From positions 9,489 through 73,488 of the forward strand of contig JAOQIN010000005.1 in NCBI GenBank assembly GCA_026134085.1: a stretch of 64,000 bases of DNA, given 5' to 3'. Every line of letters begins with the position of its first letter. The stretch's first letter is position 1. The DNA is from Candidatus Methanoxibalbensis ujae. GTDB lineage: Archaea > Halobacteriota > Syntropharchaeia > Alkanophagales > Methanospirareceae. Positions 36,294 through 45,846 of the stretch are shown one piece after another. The notes below the pieces were generated by a model, which ran no database searches, had not been told where the DNA came from, and saw only the letters and a program-made list of their open reading frames with translations. The position numbers and the translations under genes were made by a program.

Positions 36294-38894
36294 ATGGTCC
36301 GTCTGAGCAGGGAGCTGCGTGCGGAGATTGAAAGGGCAGCTGCAAATGCAATTGACAGGCGACACAGGTTCATGATAATGCTGTGCACAGCACATCTTGA
36401 CAGCGACACTATAAAACTCGCAAAGAAAATATATGAGGTGTATGAAAAAGTGAAAAAATCTGCAGAGCAGACAGGAAACAACACGGATTCAAATTCAAAT
36501 TTAAATTCAAACTCAAACTCAAACTCAAACAAAAAAAATCCGCTTCTTATAGTGGGGAGATCAAAATTTCTGGATATTGCATCTTCCTATTTTGAAGGCA
36601 AATTCGTGCATTTTGCCGATTCCGAGAAGCTGCTCGGGGAGACATACGCATCGCTAATCCTTGACCTGACCGAGGGATTCCATCCGAACGACCTCGGAAT
36701 AATCATCGAGACAATATCAGAGGGCGGAATAATGATCATGATTGCGCCGCCTGTTGATGCGTGGAAGGAACTGCGCGGGAAATGGCACTATGAGCTCGTG
36801 AGCGCACCTTATTCAATAGATGACATAACACCTCGCTTCTATCAGCGCTTCATCAGGCGGACACTCTCCGCGGAAGGCACGATAATATACAATGTTGACT
36901 CGGAAAAAATTGAGAAGAAATATGAGTTTGAGAGGGATGAGGAGTCAAGGGAGGAAATAAAAATTCCTGAGAACACTGTGATAAAGAGGAAGTTATACAA
37001 GTTGTGTGCGACAAATGATCAGGTGCGATTTCTTCAGATTATTGAGAGATTTTTTGAGCGAAAGAAGTCCAGGAAGTATGTGGTTCTCACTGCTGACAGG
37101 GGTCGTGGTAAGACTGCTGTGCTCGGCATAGTCACTCCTTTTCTGATATCGCGCATGTATTCTGTTCTCAAGAGGCCTGTGCGCATAATAGTTGTTGCTC
37201 CGTCTCCAAATGCTGTGCAGACATATTTTGTTTTCCTTCGCAAGGCTCTCCTCCGTCAGGGTATGCGGAGATTCAGGAGCAAGGAGACCTCTGATGGACT
37301 GACGACCGTGGTGAGCACGAGATTTGCGCGCGTTGAATATGTGATTCCGAGGCGTGCGCTCGTTGAGAAGGATTTTGCGGACATTATAATCGTTGATGAA
37401 GCATCTGCGATTGATGTTCCCGTCCTGAGGGAGATAACAAAAAATGTGACTTATGCAATATTCTCCTCAACAATCCACGGATACGAAGGCGCTGGCAGAG
37501 GGTTCAGCATAAGATTCCTGCGCACCATAGAGAAGGAAGATGTTGAAGTGGAGAAAATGCACATGTATGAGCCCATAAGGTATGGATGTGGAGATCCAAT
37601 AGAGAAATGGCTTTATGATGTGCTTCTTTTGGATGCGAAGCCTGCATATCTGGATGAAGATGATCTTCGCGCAATTTCTGCGCGTGAATACTCATTTGAG
37701 ATCATAGATAAGGACGAAATTCTAAATGATGAGCGCGCTATACGGGAGTTTTTCGGTATTTATGTGCTTGCACACTACCGCAATCGCCCTTCAGATGTTG
37801 CCATTCTTCTTGATATGCCCAATCATATTGCATTTCGCGTGAGTGTGCGAGGAAAAACCGTGTGTTCGCTGCATGTTGCGGTTGAAGGAGGGATAGAGGA
37901 TGATGTGGTGATAAAGCGAATGACGGGGGATTTCAAGCCAAGGGGGCAGATGATTCCGGATCTCATGGTGAAGCACTATCTGCTCACTGAATTTCCGAAG
38001 GTGTGCGGGATAAGAATTGTGAGAATTGCAACGCATCCATCGCTTATGAGGCGGCACATAGGCAGCTTCGCACTTGAAAGTCTGTTGAAATGGGCATCCT
38101 CCCGCTTCAAATGGGTTGGCGCTGGATTCGGTGTATCTCCCGAGCTCCTCAGATTCTGGATGCGGAACGGTTTTGTTCCGGTGCACATAACGCCTCAAAG
38201 AAATGAGATCTCAGGCGAATATTCTGTTGTTGTGTTGAGAGCGCTTGATTCAGATTTCGCAGACATCATTGAGCGCACGAACGCTTGCTTTGTAAGTCGT
38301 CTGACGGAATATCTGTGTGATGAGCTCAGAGATATAGATGTTGACGCCGCCATACTGATGCTTCGCAGCCTCATGAGGGACACAGGTAAAAAATGCGAGT
38401 TCGGTGATGTTGAAAGGGAGCGCATGCAGAAATATTTTGAGGGCATAAGCATCTACGAATACATCGCAGATGTAGCAAGACCTCTCGTGCGTGCCTTTTA
38501 CAGCCGCTCGGACAAGGTGGAATTGAGCGAGATTGAGGAGCGTGTGGTCGTCGCCAAGTGCCTTCAACTGAAAAGATGGTGGGAGATAATTGAATTACAG
38601 CAACCGACAGCACAGCACACATCTTCTCTTTGCCCATCATACAGCGAGGATGAAAAAACGCATGTGAAGGAAAGTGAGGGTGAAAATGAGGGAAATGAGA
38701 GAAATGGGAGTAATAAGAGTAATAAAAACAGGAGAAACAAGAAAAATGAGGGAGAGAGAGAAATTCAAACCGAGGGGAGAGATGAAGGCAGCAGGGTTTA
38801 TGAGACACTCCAAAAAGCACTTCTCGCCATCTGGCAGTGGCATCATCGGGACAACAGTGACGCACGACCTCCTGCAAAAGCGGAGGCAGCATGA
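36294..38894 (+). CDS. tmcA: RNA cytidine N4-acetyltransferase (TmcA/Nat10 homologue: DUF1726 + helicase + GNAT)
   Basis: GGAGGTGA SD. Walker A TADRGRGKT, IIIVDEASAI, FSSTIHGYEGAGRGF, and the GNAT region IVRIATHPSLMRRHIGS. Low-complexity insertions are present: NSNLNSNSNSNSN and a basic/acidic C-terminal tail. Confidence 0.8.
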   Translation: MVRLSRELRAEIERAAANAIDRRHRFMIMLCTAHLDSDTIKLAKKIYEVYEKVKKSAEQTGNNTDSNSNLNSNSNSNSNKKNPLLIVGRSKFLDIASSYFEGKFVHFADSEKLLGETYASLILDLTEGFHPNDLGIIIETISEGGIMIMIAPPVDAWKELRGKWHYELVSAPYSIDDITPRFYQRFIRRTLSAEGTIIYNVDSEKIEKKYEFERDEESREEIKIPENTVIKRKLYKLCATNDQVRFLQIIERFFERKKSRKYVVLTADRGRGKTAVLGIVTPFLISRMYSVLKRPVRIIVVAPSPNAVQTYFVFLRKALLRQGMRRFRSKETSDGLTTVVSTRFARVEYVIPRRALVEKDFADIIIVDEASAIDVPVLREITKNVTYAIFSSTIHGYEGAGRGFSIRFLRTIEKEDVEVEKMHMYEPIRYGCGDPIEKWLYDVLLLDAKPAYLDEDDLRAISAREYSFEIIDKDEILNDERAIREFFGIYVLAHYRNRPSDVAILLDMPNHIAFRVSVRGKTVCSLHVAVEGGIEDDVVIKRMTGDFKPRGQMIPDLMVKHYLLTEFPKVCGIRIVRIATHPSLMRRHIGSFALESLLKWASSRFKWVGAGFGVSPELLRFWMRNGFVPVHITPQRNEISGEYSVVVLRALDSDFADIIERTNACFVSRLTEYLCDELRDIDVDAAILMLRSLMRDTGKKCEFGDVERERMQKYFEGISIYEYIADVARPLVRAFYSRSDKVELSEIEERVVVAKCLQLKRWWEIIELQQPTAQHTSSLCPSYSEDEKTHVKESEGENEGNERNGSNKSNKNRRNKKNEGEREIQTEGRDEGSRVYETLQKALLAIWQWHHRDNSDARPPAKAEAA

Positions 38895-38916
38895 AAAAAG
38901 TTGAAAAAAGTGAAAA

Positions 38917-39231
38917 ATGAAGCGCCTGAATTTTGACAGCAAATACATGAAGCAGATACTGAGGGGAGAGAAGACAACCACTGTGAGAAAGGGCATACGA
39001 CGGAAATACGACACAGGCGACATCATTGAGTTGATAGCAGATAAGAAACCCTTTGCAATAGCGGAGGTAAAGGCGGTTGAAGTGAAAAGGCTGCGCGACA
39101 TCAGCATTTCAGACGCAATACAGGACGGCTTCTCAAGCAGGGAGGATCTCATCAATGCACTTCGCAGGATATACGGAAAGATGAAAGAGGAAGAATTCGT
39201 CACAATTATACACTTCAAAATACTGCGATAG
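38917..39231 (+). CDS. ASCH-domain (PUA-like) protein
   Basis: LNFDSKYMKQILRGEKTTTVRKG...YDTGDIIELI...AIAEVKAVEVKRL.DIS..DA..DGFSS.EDL...L..IYG fits the ASCH pattern. Starts 22 nt after the tmcA stop. Confidence 0.7.
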   Translation: MKRLNFDSKYMKQILRGEKTTTVRKGIRRKYDTGDIIELIADKKPFAIAEVKAVEVKRLRDISISDAIQDGFSSREDLINALRRIYGKMKEEEFVTIIHFKILR

Positions 39232-39343
39232 TCACGATACTGCGATAGTCACGGAGAACTGATTGAGAACTGATCGGTTCTGTGACTGACGTTATGATTA
39301 TTTATGATTATGGGACAGAGAGATATAACAAAAGAGATGGGTT

Positions 39344-40396
39344 ATGAGCAGAGGAGGCAGGGGCATTCTTGTGATGGTCGTCGCATGTGTTGTGCTTGCA
39401 TTTCTCGCGTTTTTTTGTTTTTTTTCACAGGAGTCTCATGTGCGGCAGCATGGAATCAAGGTCTTCCATGCAGGCAGCCTCTCAGTCCCTTTCAGCAAAA
39501 TAGAGGAGGAATTTGAGGCTTCTTTCCCTGTGGATGTTCAGCGTGAGAGCATGGGAAGTGTTCAGGCTGTCCGCCAAGTGACAGATGTCGGCAGGAGAGC
39601 GGATGTCCTCGCTGTCGCAGACTACTCGCTCATTCCCCAAATGATGTTCCCCGAGCATGCAGATTTTGTCGTAAAATTCGCAAGAAACGAGCTCGTTCTC
39701 GCTTACACGGAAAAAAGCAGGCACTCTTCAGAGATAAATGAGAGCAACTGGCATGAGATTTTGAGGCTTCCAGATGTAACTTTCGGATTTTCAAATCCCA
39801 ATCTTGACCCCTGCGGATACAGAGCGTTGATGGTGATGCAACTCGCGGAGATATACCACAACGACCCTTCAATATTTGAAGATTTAGTCTGCGAGAACAC
39901 CGCAATTACAGTGAACGAATCTGAAAACGGATTTCTTGTTGAAGTGCCTGCTGAATTGAAGCCGAAAACGAGCAAAGTGGCGGTGAGGGACAAATCTGTC
40001 GCACTCGTTGCGATGCTTGAGCAGGGCGGAATTGACTACGCTTTTGAATACAAGAGTGTTGCGGTTCAACACAACCTGAAATTTGTTGATTTGCCACCTC
40101 AAATAGACCTGAGCGATGTGAAATATTCAGATTTCTACGGTAAAGTGAGCGTTAAAACCGCAGATGGAGATGTAAAAAGAGGAAAACCCATCGTTTATGG
40201 CATTACTATACCGAAGAATGCACAGAATCCATCACTTGCACGCTCATTCGTTGCGTTTGTCCTGTCCGAAGAAGGGCGAAAAACGCTTGAAGAATGCGGT
40301 CAAGAGCCGATTGTGCCTGCTGTCGGCGAGGGGAATGTCTCGGCGTTGAGTTCGTTGAGACACTTGTTGCCCGTCGTGATGAATGAGTCGGGATGA
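39344..40396 (+). CDS. wtpA: Tungstate/molybdate ABC transporter substrate-binding protein
   Basis: N-terminal anchor, then VFHAGSLSVPF...GSVQAVRQVTDVGRRADVLAVADY, typical of archaeal WtpA. Confidence 0.7.
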   Translation: MSRGGRGILVMVVACVVLAFLAFFCFFSQESHVRQHGIKVFHAGSLSVPFSKIEEEFEASFPVDVQRESMGSVQAVRQVTDVGRRADVLAVADYSLIPQMMFPEHADFVVKFARNELVLAYTEKSRHSSEINESNWHEILRLPDVTFGFSNPNLDPCGYRALMVMQLAEIYHNDPSIFEDLVCENTAITVNESENGFLVEVPAELKPKTSKVAVRDKSVALVAMLEQGGIDYAFEYKSVAVQHNLKFVDLPPQIDLSDVKYSDFYGKVSVKTADGDVKRGKPIVYGITIPKNAQNPSLARSFVAFVLSEEGRKTLEECGQEPIVPAVGEGNVSALSSLRHLLPVVMNESG

Positions 40397-40490
40397 GTGA
40401 GATGAGTGAGATGAGTGAGAAATGGGGAGTGCCGAGTGAGGAGTGCTGAGTAGGAGTGTTGGGTAGGAATGTTGAGTTGGGGATGAGGAG
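40392..40490. repeat. Compound tandem repeat (GATGAGTGA x3, then about 13-nt GAGTGYTGRGTAG-like units) in the wtpA-wtpB spacer
   Basis: gatgagtga gatgagtga gatgagtga gaaatggg gagtgccgagtgag gagtgctgagtag gagtgttgggtag gaatgttgagttgg. The first unit contains the wtpA stop. Confidence 0.8.
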
Positions 40491-40496
40491 GTAAGC

Positions 40497-41324
40497 ATGT
40501 TCGCAGAGCTTGCGTTGAGGATGAAAAGGGAGAAAATCTTCATTCTTTCTCTGTTTTTAGGCATTTTCCTCATTGCATTCGTCTGTATCACGCTCGGAAA
40601 TATGTTTTACACTCAAGCAATGGACATTTCAGCGTTAATTGAAGCAGCTAAGGATGTGGATGTGCTTGAAGCGATATGGATAAGCATTTCAGCTGCTTTC
40701 ATTGCTACGCTAATTGCATTCATCTTTGGAACTCCTCTCGCATACTTCCTCGCGAGGAAGGAATTTTTCGGTAAAAGCATCATTGAGGGTGTTGTGGATG
40801 TCCCGCTTATGATTCCGCACATTGTTGCTGGAATTGCAATTTACGGTGTGTTCATGCGTCACGGCATCATAGGAGCTCCTCTCAATCGCATAGGCATTGT
40901 GTTTCAGGATGCTTTCGCCGGCATTGTTGTCGCGATGTTGTTTGTGTCATTTCCGTTTTTTGTGAACGCTGCTAAGGAGGGTTTCAAGGATGTTGACTCT
41001 CGTTTTGAGAGGGTCGCTCGCTCACTCGGTGCATCTCAGTTCAGGACATTCTTTGAGGTGACATTCCCGCTCGCATCTCGCTCAATTCTAAGCGGTGCGA
41101 TAATGTGCTGGGGTCGTGCTATAAGCGAGTTCTCTGCCGTGCTTATCATCGCATCCTTCCCGAGAAGCGCACCTGTTCTGATTTACGAGCGTTTCACCTC
41201 ATTCGGTTTGAGATATGCAGTGCCTGTTTCTGTTTTATTGATCTCAATCTGTCTTCTCATTTTCATCATTTTACGAATACTCAGCACGAAAAAACTGAAA
41301 AAAACGGAAATATGTGAAGAATGA
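40497..41324 (+). CDS. wtpB: Tungstate/molybdate ABC transporter permease
   Basis: A multi-TM protein with the EAA-type loop ..NAAKEGFKDVDSRFERVARSLGASQFRTFFEVTFPLA. Confidence 0.75.
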   Translation: MFAELALRMKREKIFILSLFLGIFLIAFVCITLGNMFYTQAMDISALIEAAKDVDVLEAIWISISAAFIATLIAFIFGTPLAYFLARKEFFGKSIIEGVVDVPLMIPHIVAGIAIYGVFMRHGIIGAPLNRIGIVFQDAFAGIVVAMLFVSFPFFVNAAKEGFKDVDSRFERVARSLGASQFRTFFEVTFPLASRSILSGAIMCWGRAISEFSAVLIIASFPRSAPVLIYERFTSFGLRYAVPVSVLLISICLLIFIILRILSTKKLKKTEICEE

Positions 41325-41330
41325 GGGAAA

Positions 41331-42536
41331 ATGATTGAGCTGAAAGGAGTCAGCAAGCGCTGGAAGAATTTCAGAATAAAAAATGTTGACTTGAGTGTGA
41401 AGGAAGGAGAATATTTTGTAATTTTAGGTCCTTCCGGCGCAGGAAAGACGCTGTTACTTGAATTAATTGCGGGCTTTCACTTCCCCGATGAAGGGAGGAT
41501 TTTCATAGATGGCAGGGATATGACATTTTCCCCTCCTGAGGAGAGGGGTATAGGATTCATTTATCAGGACTACATGCTTTTCCCGCATCTCACTGTTGAG
41601 GGGAACATTGCATTCGGTTTGAGGGCTAAGTTTCGGTGCTGGAGGTGGCGGCGTCAGCGATGTGAGAGGCTGAACGAGAGGGTGAGGGAAGTGCTTCAAC
41701 TGCTCGGAATAGAGCATTTGAGATGGCGATACCCCGAGACGCTCAGCGGTGGTGAGAGGCAGAAGGTTGCGATAGCCCGTGCGCTTGCGATTGAGCCAAA
41801 GATATTGCTTCTTGATGAGCCGCTTTCTGCCCTTGACATGCCAACGAGAGACAGATTGAGGGATGATTTGAAGATTCTGAACAGGAAAAAATGCATCACG
41901 ATGATTCATGTAACGCACGACAGGACGGAGGCTGCAATGCTTTCAGACAGAATAGCGGTGATGATGCGGGGCGAAATAGTGCAGGTGGGAACTCCCCGTG
42001 AAATTTTCAGCAAACCTGCGAATGCAGAGATCGCGGAATTTGTGGGTATTGAGAACATTTTGAGAGGAACAATCGTGAATAACAGAGGAGGAATCGCGGA
42101 AATAGAGGTATCGCCAGCATCGCCCGAAAATGCAGCAACAGCAGAAGAAGCCACAGAAGCAAAACTTCATATTTTCGCACCCTCAAAATATGACAGTGGC
42201 ACTGCTGTAAATCTGTTCATCCGCCCCGAGGATATCGTTCTTCTGAAATCAGTTCATGGAAAGATTGAATGCGCGGGCGAGTTAAGCGCACGCAATGTAA
42301 TTCGCAGCGAGATCGCGAGTATAACGCCTGCGGGTTCTGGCATTTTCAGTGTCAGGCTGCGGAACGGTCTCGTAGCACTTTTAACTGCGAATGCTTTTGA
42401 GGAGCTGGGGCTCAAAGAGGGTGACGAGGTCTTCGCCATTTTTAAGGCTACCGCCGTGCACACAGTGACCTCAGTCCAAGCCCGTGAAGCCAAAACGCTC
42501 CCACAGAATCACCCTTGGGACAGGGGTGTCCTTTAG
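41331..42536 (+). CDS. wtpC: Tungstate/molybdate ABC transporter ATPase with C-terminal TOBE domain
   Basis: Walker A GPSGAGKT, signature LSGGERQKVAIARAL, Walker B ILLLDEP, H-loop THD. An unusual basic insertion RAKFRCWRWRRQRCER lies between the Q-loop and the signature. Confidence 0.8.
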   Translation: MIELKGVSKRWKNFRIKNVDLSVKEGEYFVILGPSGAGKTLLLELIAGFHFPDEGRIFIDGRDMTFSPPEERGIGFIYQDYMLFPHLTVEGNIAFGLRAKFRCWRWRRQRCERLNERVREVLQLLGIEHLRWRYPETLSGGERQKVAIARALAIEPKILLLDEPLSALDMPTRDRLRDDLKILNRKKCITMIHVTHDRTEAAMLSDRIAVMMRGEIVQVGTPREIFSKPANAEIAEFVGIENILRGTIVNNRGGIAEIEVSPASPENAATAEEATEAKLHIFAPSKYDSGTAVNLFIRPEDIVLLKSVHGKIECAGELSARNVIRSEIASITPAGSGIFSVRLRNGLVALLTANAFEELGLKEGDEVFAIFKATAVHTVTSVQAREAKTLPQNHPWDRGVL

Positions 42537-42613
42537 CATCACCTCCCCCTTCCACATCTGACATCTGATGATTAGCTGTAAAACAAAAGACAAAAACTAT
42601 AAAAGAGAGGTGT

Positions 42614-42687
42614 GGGGTCGTGGGGTAGCATGGACATCCTATCGGGCTCCGGACCCGATGACCTGGGTTCAAATCCCAGCGACTCCG
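42614..42687 (+). tRNA. tRNA-Arg (anticodon CCG)
   Basis: Acceptor GGGGUCG/CGACUCC, anticodon stem UCGGG/CCCGA with loop CUCCGGA, T arm CUGGG-UUCAAAU-CCCAG, discriminator G. TATA-like aactataaaag lies about 15 nt upstream. The D-arm/junction spacing is slightly non-standard by hand folding. Confidence 0.85.
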
Positions 42688-42927
42688 CTTTTCAACTTTT
42701 GATCGGCGGGAACATCCGAAGGATCGTATGTCTGCAGAGCATTGCCCGTGGCCGCCCGGACATCGCCTGCCCGGATGTATGGGTATGTATGGGTATGAAG
42801 CGGAAAGCATGGGTATGAAGCGGAAAGCTGCGTGGGAATCGGGGAATGCGTGTCGCATCAGGCGCGGAGAGGAGGGGAGAAGTGCTATGATGAAAATATA
42901 ATAGGAGATAGGGTATATGACAATGAG

Positions 42928-43110
42928 ATGAAGCGTGAACTGATGGATATCCTGTGTTGCCCCAAATGCAAGGGAGATCTGGAACTGAGTGTGTTTGAGA
43001 GAAGCGACGACGAGATCATCTCAGGCGACTTGTATTGCAGGAACTGCGACATACATTTCCCCATTGAAGACGGCATACCGAACATGCTTTTGCCGGAGAT
43101 GCGAGAGTGA
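42928..43110 (+). CDS. trm112: Trm112-like zinc-ribbon protein (methyltransferase activator family)
   Basis: MKRELMDILCCPKCKGDLEL...LYCRNCDIHFPIEDGIPNMLL is the Trm112/YcaR signature. Confidence 0.7.
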   Translation: MKRELMDILCCPKCKGDLELSVFERSDDEIISGDLYCRNCDIHFPIEDGIPNMLLPEMRE

Positions 43111-43242
43111 CCTCCTTCATACATCTGTGCTACTCTTTTGGCATTTCATCACTTTCCTCTCACATTCACATTATACATTATCTCCCACATTATCTCTCAC
43201 ATTATCGTTCGGCAGCGTGCTTCCTTGGCAGCGGACAGTCCA

Positions 43243-44568
43243 TCATTTCATGAATTCCCGCATGACAACAGTCGCATATGAGGCTTTTGGCAGGAAAAAC
43301 TTGAATCTCACTTTTTTGTCACCATATAGCTCGTCATCACCGATATCCACGCGCTCAATGTTCACATGCACGGCAATACTGCGGAAATGTCCTTCTGAGC
43401 GAAGTTCAGGAATTTTCTCAACGAGGAAATCAGATGTTGAGATTTTCTCTGCATTCAGCACCTCACGCTCTATTTCGCCTTGAATTCCTCCTGAAAGCAC
43501 GCTCTCATGTCCGAAAAGCGGTGCGACGACAAATGCCCTTCGCCTCTTCAGAAGCATGTTTATCATTCCCTCATTGTCAGCGGTGACACGCTCAACCTTC
43601 TCACCGTTGAGAGAGGGCAGCCCATATCTGTCTGTGAAGCAGACGAACTCACCGATTTCAGCTGAATTAAGCGGAATTCCACGCTCAATTCGCTTGCTCA
43701 ACACGAGATTGAAAAGATATGCCTGATATGCATGCACAAACATCTTTCGCAAATGAAGAGGCAGCACCCTGATCGCAGCGATAAAATCATCATCAGTGCA
43801 GTCCTCAGGCTGTGTGCAGCCTCGCTTTATGAGAACATCAAGCATAGCACGCTCGTATTTAAGCGACAGGGGCATCGCATTCAGCGCCGATTTGAAGTCC
43901 TCAGATGCAGTTCTGCGAGCCTCCTTCGCCGCATCGCTTTCCCCCTCAAATATGTCAGTGAGATAGCACATCACCGCGTCCCTCACATTCCCCCGCAATA
44001 TGTGCTTGCCCACGATGTGCGTCAGCGGTCTCACCGCACCGAACCTTTGAACTCCGAAAAAATTAGGAAAACCTCCTATCTCCCCAATCTCATCATATAT
44101 GCGGTCAATCCTTCTCCTTATCTCATCAGCAGGCAATGAGACATCCCTCACCACAATGTCAAAATCGTTGCCTATGAGGTCGCCGAGATACACATGGCGC
44201 CTCGCCCTGCCAAGAACACGAATATCAACATCCTTAATGCGTATCCGACGGATATCCTCCTCATAAACCCCTTTTATGCTCATCTTCTGCGTGGTCACTG
44301 CAAACTTATCCTTCGTGCCTGCGAATGATATGCGATGCTTGCTTATTCTCAGTTTTTTTGCGATGTTTTTCACCAGAATATGCGTGTCCCAGTTCACTTT
44401 TCTCACTTCTACAATGATGTAATCTCCTTTTTCTCCTGTCTCAATCTCAGAAATCTCATTTACGACGAAGTCCTCCGCTCTGACTTTGAGCCTGCCTCCA
44501 ATTCCATCGCCATCAGTCGCATAAATCAGGATGCCGATCTCTCTATCCCCTTTCGGACTTCTTCTCAT
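43243..44568 (-). CDS. truD: tRNA pseudouridine(13) synthase TruD
   Basis: GIGGRLKVRAEDFVVNEI, ISFAGTKDKFAVTTQ (catalytic Asp motif), NFFGVQRFG. Confidence 0.85.
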   Translation of the reverse strand: MRRSPKGDREIGILIYATDGDGIGGRLKVRAEDFVVNEISEIETGEKGDYIIVEVRKVNWDTHILVKNIAKKLRISKHRISFAGTKDKFAVTTQKMSIKGVYEEDIRRIRIKDVDIRVLGRARRHVYLGDLIGNDFDIVVRDVSLPADEIRRRIDRIYDEIGEIGGFPNFFGVQRFGAVRPLTHIVGKHILRGNVRDAVMCYLTDIFEGESDAAKEARRTASEDFKSALNAMPLSLKYERAMLDVLIKRGCTQPEDCTDDDFIAAIRVLPLHLRKMFVHAYQAYLFNLVLSKRIERGIPLNSAEIGEFVCFTDRYGLPSLNGEKVERVTADNEGMINMLLKRRRAFVVAPLFGHESVLSGGIQGEIEREVLNAEKISTSDFLVEKIPELRSEGHFRSIAVHVNIERVDIGDDELYGDKKVRFKFFLPKASYATVVMREFMK

Positions 44569-44665
44569 CCTCCACCCACACGCTCCTCACAAATCCTCAG
44601 AGGCGATTGACGGATAGGCCAATTCTCACACTTAATTCTCACACGCCCCAACGAGTCCCTTCATC

Positions 44666-45691
44666 TCAGCCTCCATCATCCCCCCGTCTGCTGTTTCTCA
44701 TCTCCAAAAACTTGATCTGACGCACAATAGTCTCATTGACAGGTGTTGGGATGCCATGTCTCTTTCCAAGACGAACAAAAACTCCATTTATGAAGTCAAT
44801 CTCAGTCTTTCTGCCTCTTTCTATGTCTCTCAGCATTGATGGTATGTGTGATGCTGTTTTTGGTATCTGAACATCACGCAGGAATCTCACATATTCCTCC
44901 GGCTTTTTCCAGAAAAGAGCAATGTTTTCCGCTTCAGCGACTGCGAAAGCTTCTTTTACGATGTCTTCAATGATTAACAATGCGTTTTGCTGCCCTTCTG
45001 AGACGAGTTCACCGTATGGAACACCGAATATCGTGCTTAAAGGATTGAGCGCGGCGTTGTATAATGCTTTTGCCCATATGTGCGATTGGATGTTCCGCAC
45101 AGCCTCTGAGGGGATTGATGCACTGTTGAGTGTATGAACAATTTTCGAGATCAAAGGGGTTATTTCTCCGTTCAGCATGCCTATTTTCGTTTTGTCTGCT
45201 GTCACCGTGACTTTGACCTCAACATCTCCGCCAGCATCAATTTCAAAGCCTGTGATGACCATTCCCCCTATTGCTCGCTTCTCGCCGACGAATTTCGCAA
45301 TCGTCTGAACATTTCCAATGCCGTTCTGAAAGCTCAAAACAGAAGTTGAGGGAGAACGGGCGAGAAGAGGCATAAGGTCCCTCATCGCATTCTCGGTGTC
45401 GTAGGCTTTAGTCGTGAGAAGAACAACATCGGGATAGCCTGAAGCGCCGTCCGCATGATCATCGTTGCGTTTCCTCCCAACAATATGCTCAATCGCATCT
45501 TCAACAGAAGACACCGCCGCACTCACCCTGACATGATGCCTCCCCCAAATACCGGAGATCAGCAGCCCTCGCTCACGAATAGGCTTCATCAATCGCTCCC
45601 TTCCCACAAGAATCACATCATTATGAGATGCCGCAAGCATGCCTCCAAACGCACAGCCGAGAGCACCCGCTCCCATGACAAGAAATCGCAT
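44666..45691 (-). CDS. panE: 2-dehydropantoate 2-reductase (ketopantoate reductase family)
   Basis: MRFLVMGAGALGCAFGGMLA Rossmann N-terminus, ..KALYNAALNPLS.., SMLRDIERGRKTEID. Confidence 0.7.
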   Translation of the reverse strand: MRFLVMGAGALGCAFGGMLAASHNDVILVGRERLMKPIRERGLLISGIWGRHHVRVSAAVSSVEDAIEHIVGRKRNDDHADGASGYPDVVLLTTKAYDTENAMRDLMPLLARSPSTSVLSFQNGIGNVQTIAKFVGEKRAIGGMVITGFEIDAGGDVEVKVTVTADKTKIGMLNGEITPLISKIVHTLNSASIPSEAVRNIQSHIWAKALYNAALNPLSTIFGVPYGELVSEGQQNALLIIEDIVKEAFAVAEAENIALFWKKPEEYVRFLRDVQIPKTASHIPSMLRDIERGRKTEIDFINGVFVRLGKRHGIPTPVNETIVRQIKFLEMRNSRRGDDGG

Positions 45692-45704
45692 GATCTATCA
45701 CCGT

Positions 45705-45846
45705 CGCCTCACACATACATCATTATATCATATCACATCACCCCACCCCACCTCACACACTCACACACTCACATCACATCACACACATCACACACATCAT
45801 CACACCACACACATCACCACACGATCACAACGCATCATCAATTGCA
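45705..45846. repeat. CA-rich low-complexity/alternating purine-pyrimidine tract filling the panE upstream spacer
   Basis: cacacactcacacactcacatcacatcacacacatcacacacatcatcacaccacacacatcaccacac... Confidence 0.85.

Noticed and set aside
42448-42858. ORFs on both strands overlapping 42612-42818
   Set aside because: They overlap the tRNA-Arg gene and the tandem repeats after it, so they are not coding.
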